This document shows positions 57,371 to 64,000 of a DNA stretch of 64,000 bases, piece by piece (position 1 is the stretch's first letter; each line of letters starts with the position of its first letter). Origin of the DNA: an uncultured delta proteobacterium (GTDB taxonomy: Bacteria; Desulfobacterota; Binatia; UBA9968); NCBI GenBank assembly GCA_963847445.1, contig CAWJZV010000002.1, positions 32,001 through 96,000 on the forward strand, written 5' to 3'. The notes beneath the pieces were generated by a model, which worked only from the letters and a program-made list of their open reading frames with translations, was not told the origin of the DNA and ran no database searches. The translations under genes were made by a program, and so were the position numbers.

Positions 57371-58021
57371 ATGGCCGCCGCCAGAGGATCGAGCATCTAC
57401 GTCATCGCCGGCGTCAACGGCGCCGGCAAGAGCAGCATCGGCGGTGCAAGAGTTCGCGATCTCGGCACCGATTACTACAACCCCGACGAAGCGGCGAGCC
57501 GCCTGTTGGCGCGCGACCCGAGCCTATCTCAATCGGACGCCAACAGCGCAGCCTGGCACCAAGGCGTCAGACTGTTGCGCCGAGCCATCGCTGAGCGCAA
57601 AGATTTCATCTTCGAGACCACGCTCGGCGCCAACACGATCCCCCGTCTGCTTCTGGAAGCGGCAGCACAAAGTATCGAGATTCATGTTTGGTACGTTGGC
57701 CTGGCCAATGCCCAACTACACATCGAGCGAGTTGAAGCTCGCGTCCGCCGCGGCGGCCACGCCATCGCACCGGAGCTGATTGAGCGCCGCTTCGAGCAAA
57801 GCCGGATCAACCTGATAGAGTTGCTGCCACATTTAAGCGAACTGCGCGTCTACGACAACAGCGTCGATGCCGATCCAGCAACCGGGAAGTGCCCCAAACC
57901 CAAACTACTGCTGCACATGAAAGCCGGCAGAATCCTGAACTTCGAAAACCTCAACGACACTCCCCATTGGGCTAAGCCGATCGTCGCCGCGGCATTGAAG
58001 CTCCACAAGTCCAAACGCTGA
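57371..58021 (+). CDS. Zeta-toxin/AAA_33-like P-loop kinase
   Basis: AGVNGAGKSS, NPDE, FETTL, RVEARVRRGGH, VYDNS. Confidence 0.85.
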   Translation: MAAARGSSIYVIAGVNGAGKSSIGGARVRDLGTDYYNPDEAASRLLARDPSLSQSDANSAAWHQGVRLLRRAIAERKDFIFETTLGANTIPRLLLEAAAQSIEIHVWYVGLANAQLHIERVEARVRRGGHAIAPELIERRFEQSRINLIELLPHLSELRVYDNSVDADPATGKCPKPKLLLHMKAGRILNFENLNDTPHWAKPIVAAALKLHKSKR

Positions 58022-58289
58022 TACGTGATCAGAATGTTGCGAATATCAAAAAGCTACTAGAGGTGTCGAGACTATTCCGGTCTCTTCACCGGAACTAGAA
58101 TGCTACAGGCAAGAAGGCAAGGCCAGAGCCCCAAATCCATCGACTGCTCGATCAGCCAATCGTAGCTTATCAATCAAGTTAATATAGTGAGCTGGGTTCG
58201 AACCCCGCTCACGACCAAAGGGGATGCTCGTCCCCCTTTGGAAACCCCATCAATATTGTGCCCGCCCCAAGGGACGGGGAAAACTTGAT

Positions 58290-59720
58290 TCAACTAATAC
58301 CCGCCAGGTCCTTCGCCAATCTAACGAACGGGCTTAGATCGTAGGCACTCACGAGCCTCTGTTTGTTGGTGGCCAGGCTGGCGACGTTGTACATCTCAAA
58401 TAGCAGCTGGCGGGAACCAAACGAGTCGCAGGCATACTCCCACGCCAGCTTCAACATGCGAAACATTTCTTGCGTGCGCTCGTTCTCCCCCACGAAATAG
58501 CGCTGGATTTGCTGACCGACCTCGGGATTATTCATATCGGCCTGGCTCGGTGACATCAGGATACCGGAGCCGCACAGCTCCCGTATCAACTGTAACATCT
58601 GGGGATAGCCCTCTATCGAGAAGATGCGGGCTGCTTGCGCCGGTGTCCAGTTAGGCAGGGTCAAGCCCGATTGAGAGCGAATAGGGTTCATTTCCGCGGC
58701 ATGGATGAATGCTCTCAACGTCTCCATGTAGACGATGGCGTCGGCCAAGGCTATTTGCACATGCGGTTGTTTGGAAGTGCCGAGATATTCGGCCATCGCC
58801 GCGCAGATGCCGAGCAACACCTCCGCTTTGACCGCCAGCCGAACTAGAACATACCATGGCCCGATGCCCATGGCTCCTTGGAAGAGCCGCGCGTACAGAC
58901 CAGGATCTTCGGGATGGGATTGACGCAAATAGAAGACCCGATCCCAAGGGATAAACACGTTGTCGAACAGCACCATGGCGTCCATCTCGTCCCAGTGCGG
59001 ACTCAGCGGATGGTCCTCAGGGTTGGGTGGCGTCATGGATTGGCGGCAAACGAGCTGGATGCCTTGGGCATTCACCGGCACTGCGAAATAGACCACCTCA
59101 TCGGGCTGAAGGTTGGGTCGTGGCTGGGTCAGGCAGAGGATTTCATTGGCGTAGGGTGCCTGGGTTCCCACGCCTTTGGCCCCGCGCACGACGATGCCGT
59201 CGGATCGCCGCTCCACCACCCTCAAGTATTCTTGCTTGGATTCCGGATGGCTTCGGTGATGAAACGGATCGTTGAAAATGGTGGCGATGCTCAAATCGTT
59301 TTCGCGGCAATACTCGAAGTAGCGCGTGACATTCTCCGCGAAAACCGGATTCTCGTGGCCGAAGATGTCGCGGCTGTCGTGCAGCCCCAAAATAACCGTA
59401 GCCAAGTGCTGCGGCAGACGAGCCGCCACACCTCCAGCACGGCGCACTAGGAACTCGTACATCTTGCGCTGCCGGGTCAGATCGTCCACCGATTGCGGCA
59501 GCAGGTAAGCCAGACTTACCCGCTCGCCCGTCACCGGCGAAGGCATCGTCAGCAGCTCCTGATGGGCCGGATCATGCTGCAGGTCATAAACCGCGGCAAC
59601 GCTGCGAGCACAGCCAGCCAAACTCGGATGCGCCGTGACGTCCACCAATTCGCCTTGCAGCCACACCCGACGCCCGTCTCTAAGACTTTCGAGATACCCT
59701 TCTCCACGACGTATAGACAT
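58290..59720 (-). CDS. 4-hydroxyphenylacetate 3-hydroxylase (HpaB) family flavin monooxygenase
   Basis: YLESLRDGR, GIVVRGAK, DEMDAMVLFDNVFIPWDRVF, FGSRQLLFE. Confidence 0.92.
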   Translation of the reverse strand: MSIRRGEGYLESLRDGRRVWLQGELVDVTAHPSLAGCARSVAAVYDLQHDPAHQELLTMPSPVTGERVSLAYLLPQSVDDLTRQRKMYEFLVRRAGGVAARLPQHLATVILGLHDSRDIFGHENPVFAENVTRYFEYCRENDLSIATIFNDPFHHRSHPESKQEYLRVVERRSDGIVVRGAKGVGTQAPYANEILCLTQPRPNLQPDEVVYFAVPVNAQGIQLVCRQSMTPPNPEDHPLSPHWDEMDAMVLFDNVFIPWDRVFYLRQSHPEDPGLYARLFQGAMGIGPWYVLVRLAVKAEVLLGICAAMAEYLGTSKQPHVQIALADAIVYMETLRAFIHAAEMNPIRSQSGLTLPNWTPAQAARIFSIEGYPQMLQLIRELCGSGILMSPSQADMNNPEVGQQIQRYFVGENERTQEMFRMLKLAWEYACDSFGSRQLLFEMYNVASLATNKQRLVSAYDLSPFVRLAKDLAGIS

Positions 59721-59924
59721 TTACACAACTCTCAGTCAAAAATTGCGGTTACCAAAAATGAATGCGACCCGTGTTAGCGGCGAGCCCTTCAGCTCGGTCG
59801 AAACTATCCGATAACTTGAAACAATGTCAATTTGCCGGGAAAGCGAGGCCGGATGGAAGGCGGCCCCGACTGCGCCAGTGTGCTATTGAAAACTCGCTTG
59901 TGGGCTAAACCGAGTCTATACGGA

Positions 59925-59982
59925 ACTTAACGTTCAGCATAAGCGGCCGCGATAGCGCTTCGTCCTATTGCTGTTGTTCGGA
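59925..59982. other. Degenerate integron attC-like site
   Basis: acttaac-gttcagcataagcgg ... cctattgctgtt-gttcgga: AAC/GTT ends with paired inner arms. Confidence 0.45.
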
Positions 59983-60068
59983 AGCAGTTGACATACTCAA
60001 CGAGTATCATTCAAAACGCATAAAGCTTCCTGTGTCGCTATGGCCAGGATCGCCAAGGATCGGTCTTG

Positions 60069-60466
60069 TTATCGCCCAAAATCTTCCGCCCTCAATTCAA
60101 TCGGTTTGCCATGCGGCGTTCGCTGCATCGCGCGCTCCCAGGCTTGAAAATGTTCGGTAAGCGCTTGCGTCGACGCCGCGCCTTTTGCCGCGACCATGCG
60201 TTCGAGGGTCGCGAGCCAATGGTGGTAGTAGGTTTCGCCGGTGTCGGGATCGCCGGCGGCCTGGGCTTTTTTAATTTCCTCGCCAAGCATCGCGGACCAC
60301 TCGGGCCAGACGAACAGACCTTTTTCGTGCAGCGCCAGCGCCATGGCGAACGCATGGGCTTCCCAGGGCGCGCGAAAGACTGGGCCGTTTGCGTCGCGCG
60401 GAATGCCGGGAACGGCTTCGGCGGCGCGCCGCGCGGATTCTGGTTCAAGTACAACGTTTCAGACAT
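60069..60466 (-). CDS. Nitrile hydratase accessory (activator-like) protein (indel)
   Basis: PVFRAPWEAHAFAMALALHEKGLFVW, YYHHWLATLE, RTPHGKPIEL. Confidence 0.9.
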
Positions 60467-61117
60467 GTTCGAGATAAGGTTCAAAGGCTTCGATGGAGAC
60501 TTTCGACTTTGGCTCGGCGTCCGCGCCCCAGAGCTCTTGAGCATCGAAGCGCACGGTGTAAAGCCACTGCGGATCGTCGCCTTTACCGGCGGCTACCGAA
60601 TCGGGAAAGGCGTGGGTGCCATGCAGGCGCTCGACGACGCCTACGTGGCCACGCGCATAGCGCGGCAGGCGCGTGTGTGTTTGGGATGAATGTTCTTCGT
60701 GCGCACGCGGTCGCCGAGCTTGAATTTGGCCGGTCCTTGGGCCGGCCGGTAAAACGAGCCGCGTTTGGTGACCTTGTCGACATCGTCCAGTGAGAATGGC
60801 CCACGAGTTAAATTTTTCGCCGGACGCAGGGCGCGGCCCGCCTCGACTTCGTCAGCGTCGATGAGACCGCGCTCGATGAGCAGGTTTTGATTGCGGACAA
60901 ACCATTTCTCGTAGTAGGGCCGACTTAGATAAAAAGCCGGCGCCATCATCTCGATGGCATAGCGGCTGGTGTCGATGGTCCAGGCGCGGAAGACGCCAAT
61001 CGCCCGGCTCATCGCCAGCACGCGTCCCTCCCAGCGATGATGAAAAACCGGCTCGTTGGGCTCGGGCTCGACCTTGCCGAAACCGTCCATGCCGCCCATG
61101 TCGTGGACGCCGTCCAT
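60459..61117 (-). CDS. nthB: Nitrile hydratase beta subunit (indel)
   Basis: MDGVHDMGGMDGFG, VFHHRWEGR, YYEKW, ...EPYLEHV*. Confidence 0.95.
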
Positions 61118-61743
61118 CAGGCCACCTCGCTTGGGTTTTTCGGCAGGCCGGTGCCGACCATACTGTCGCGCGTAATCAACTTGGCAAGCTGCGCCTCGCT
61201 CCAGCCTTCGGTTCCAGCCGGACGCATGGGCACAACCAGGTATCGGGTCTCTGCCGTCGAATCCCAAACCCGGACCTCTGTCTCAGCAGGCAAGGTTACA
61301 CCGAAATCCGCCAGGACCGCGCGCGGTTCTTTCACCACGCGCGAGCGATAAGCGAAGGACTTGTACCAGGTCGGCGGCAGGCCGAGCACATCGGTCGGAT
61401 AACAGGAGCACAGCGTGCAGACGATCATATTGTGCTGCTGCGGCGTGTTCTCGACGGCAATCAGGTGCTCGCCCACGCGCCCGACTTGTTGCGCTATCGT
61501 CGCCACCGCCTTGCTCGCGTCGTCGAGAAGAGCTTGGCGAAACCCAGGATCGCACCACGCCTTGGCGATCACCTGCGCGCCGATATGCGGGCCGATTTTG
61601 GTTTCGTAAAGCTCGACGATGCGGTCGAGCGCGGCGGGTTCGATATAGCCCTTATCGACGAGAATCGTTTCCAGCGCGCGCACCCGGAGATCCATCTCGG
61701 TTAGATTGGAGCCCTCATCGTGATCATGTTCATGTTCAGCCAT
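61117..61743 (-). CDS. nthA: Nitrile hydratase alpha subunit, cobalt type
   Basis: VCTLCSCY metal-binding motif (Thr/Tyr signature of Co type); VWDSTAETRYLVVP. Confidence 0.97.
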   Translation of the reverse strand: MAEHEHDHDEGSNLTEMDLRVRALETILVDKGYIEPAALDRIVELYETKIGPHIGAQVIAKAWCDPGFRQALLDDASKAVATIAQQVGRVGEHLIAVENTPQQHNMIVCTLCSCYPTDVLGLPPTWYKSFAYRSRVVKEPRAVLADFGVTLPAETEVRVWDSTAETRYLVVPMRPAGTEGWSEAQLAKLITRDSMVGTGLPKNPSEVA

Positions 61744-62000
61744 GGGCGAAATATAGCCAACGAAAGCTTCGGCGTCTACCAGAAAACGAAAGCGCGGATA
61801 CCAGCCACCTAATCAAGGGACCCGGTCAGGTCTAGATTCGCGACCGCCAACAGGCGATTTTTTGACGACGATCGGGATCGCACGCCTCTCTTGAAATAGA
61901 TCTCATTTCGTCTGAATGTTTGGTACTTGCCCAAAACTATCCAAGCGTTGTATGATTATGACATTCGAACCATCCACGACTAGAACTTGTGCGTTAAATT

Positions 62001-62276
62001 ATGACCGATAAACAATTGATCTCCCGGGTGCGAGTCGATCCGAGGATCTGCTCGGGCCGTCCCTATATTTACGGCACCAGAATACATATCGCGATCATTC
62101 TCGACGCGCTCAGCGAAGGCCTTGCTCCGGAAGAAGTCCTCGAACACTACCCCGATCTTGAGACGGACGATCTGCGCGCCGCCGTCGCCTACGCCTGCAA
62201 GCTCGCTGAGGAGAATGGCGGGTTGGCGGTGCTTCACCCGCAACGCAGCATCAAAGAGTGCTGTCAGCTAAGATGA
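62001..62276 (+). CDS. DUF433 protein
   Basis: RVRVDPRICSGRPYIYGTRI...YPDLETDDLRAAVAYA. Confidence 0.88.
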   Translation: MTDKQLISRVRVDPRICSGRPYIYGTRIHIAIILDALSEGLAPEEVLEHYPDLETDDLRAAVAYACKLAEENGGLAVLHPQRSIKECCQLR

Positions 62277-62744
62277 CATGAATCGCGCTGGGTTCTAGCC
62301 AAACCGTCACCGTGGACTCCCTCACTCAGGTCGCAGAACTGACCGCGCGGCCGTTCTACCGAGCCGACAAGTTCAAACCCAGGGCAATCGATAACCATGC
62401 GGTGATGTTCGCGGGCGCTGAAGATCTCCCGGATCTTTCCGTCAAATCTAAGTGGGCTACCCTGACCTGGCCCGGACGACGCGACACGCACAGCGTTGGC
62501 GCGGATAGAGAGATTTACCCGCGATCCCACGAGAAATTTCTCCGATACCAGTATAGCTAGCGCACCGATCGCAACTCTGGTGGATTTTCCATCCGACGCT
62601 CCGACGGTTCCGGCGAGGCAATTTTCCAAGCCGACTATTGCGGCGACCAGATCGTTTGAAACTACTATCACACAAACTCACGCGCTTCCGCCGGCGGCGT
62701 GCGGCTGTCTGAGCCGGTAGATCATCGTCCGTGACATGTGCGCC

Positions 62745-63528
62745 CTACACCGGCCCACGCTCGCCAAAGATCCAGTGCCGCTTCATCTGCGCGCCATAGG
62801 TCAAACCGAAGCGGCGCTTGGCCACCTCGGTGATCACACTGACCGCCTCGTCGGCGGAGTCGGTGACGGTGATCCGTTCAAGATCGATAGCGTCGATGGT
62901 CCGCGCCTTGACCAACCGCTCGGACATGAATTCGAGCAACGGCGCCCAAAACTCCTTGCCCATCAGAACCAACGGAAACTCACGAATCTTCGCGTTCTGA
63001 ATCAAGGTCGCGGTCTCAAAAATCTCATCCATGGTGCCAAAGCCGCCGGGCAAGGCGATGAACGCATAGGAGTATTTCACCAGCATGACTTTGCGCACGA
63101 AGAAATAACGGAAGGTAACCCAGTGGTCGAGATAAGGATTATGCTCCTGCTCCTGAGGCAGGACGATATTGCAGCCGATCGAGCGGCCGCCAACATCTTT
63201 GGCGCCGCGATTGGCCGCTTCCATGATCCCTGGGCCGCCGCCGGTCATCACCGTGAAACCCGCGGTGGCCAGATCCGGCGCCCACCTGGCGCGCCATGCG
63301 ATAGTAAGGATTGACTTCGGTAAAGCGCGCCGAGCCGAACACGGTGACGCACGGGCCGGCAAAATGAAGCGCGCGAAAGCCGCGGATAAACTCGCAAAAG
63401 ATCCGCGCCGCCCGCGCCACCTCGGTTAAGCGGCGCTGCGGCCCCTCGAGAAAGCGCACAACCTCCGGCGATCCGGGGGTTACGCCCCAACCATCGATCG
63501 CGACGATCTCATCGTTCTCATTCGACAT
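62745..63528 (-). CDS. LOG-family (TIGR00730) Rossmann-fold protein (indel)
   Basis: VTVFGSAR, TGGGPGIMEAANRGA, FRYFFVRK, PGGFGTMDE. Confidence 0.92.
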
Positions 63529-63600
63529 CGCTTCACAACTCCTGCGCTAGCTAGACTTTTTGACGGCCGATTCGCCAACGGCAAGAAACCGTCGAGAAAC

Positions 63601-64000
63601 CTATTCCCACTCGATGGTGGCGGGCGGCTTGGAGGAAATATCGTAGACCACGCGGTTGACGCCGCGCACTTCGTTGAGGATGCGGTTGGAGATCCGGCCG
63701 AGCAAATCGAACGGCAGCGCCACCCAGTTGGCGGTCATGCCATCCTGGCTATCGACCACGCGCAGCGCCACGACGTTCTCGTAGCTGCGCTCGTCGCCGA
63801 CCACGCCGACGGTTTTGACCGGCAACAGCACCGCAAACGATTGCCAGACCTTGTCGTACAGCCCCGCCGCTTTGATCTCGTCGAGGACGATGACATCGGC
63901 GTCGCGAAGAACCTTCAAGCGCGCCTCGGTCACCTCGCCGAGCACGCGAATCGCCAGTCCCGGCCCAGGGAACGGCTGGCGCTGGATCATCTCAGTGGGC
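63601..64000 (-). CDS. guaA: GMP synthase, 3' part (runs off the window)
   Basis: [31 protein letters not shown]. Confidence 0.97.
   Translation of the reverse strand, partial: PTEMIQRQPFPGPGLAIRVLGEVTEARLKVLRDADVIVLDEIKAAGLYDKVWQSFAVLLPVKTVGVVGDERSYENVVALRVVDSQDGMTANWVALPFDLLGRISNRILNEVRGVNRVVYDISSKPPATIEWE

Noticed and set aside
58187-58218. GGGTTCGAACCCC...ACCA as a tRNA or prophage att site
   Set aside because: Only a T-arm-like hairpin with no D or anticodon arms and no integrase nearby; resembles the TTCGA..GCTCAC mini-repeat
62264-62720. ORFs downstream of DUF433 as its toxin partner
   Set aside because: No PIN-like (DUF5615) motif recognisable; looks like decayed sequence

Overview
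GC-rich bacterial chromosome segment. The gene repertoire (Bug/TctC and NitT/TauT binding proteins, several UbiD, LLM, amidohydrolase and hydantoinase paralogues) suggests Candidatus Binatia or a related deltaproteobacterial lineage (inference). Single-base indels break many genes, including housekeeping carA, carB and recG, so they are most likely long-read assembly errors. Layout: (1) alaC-like aminotransferase, recG and a PyrR-attenuated pyrR-pyrB-carA-carB operon. Its pyrB is an unusual 650-aa fusion of ATCase, a PyrI-type Zn domain, an Ada-like module and a degenerate second PyrR domain. (2) An insertion hotspot at about 11-20 kb with a cas6 relic, TA relics and two HUH/Y1 (RAYT-like) element types; four same-orientation copies of one element end alternate with captured genes or gene fragments. 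(3) ATP-dependent DNA ligase, then catabolic clusters with three UbiD enzymes, a Mo-hydroxylase large subunit, 3-HAO, LLMs, opine dehydrogenase, atypical M20/M24/enolase enzymes, hydantoinase A/B and a TIR membrane protein. (4) A REP-flanked RAYT, a Phd-Zeta-like TA pair, an HpaB-like gene beside an attC-like site, a Co-type nitrile hydratase operon, LOG and the 3' end of guaA. Intergenic spacers carry many palindromic repeat families. No rRNA, tRNA or CRISPR array was seen.
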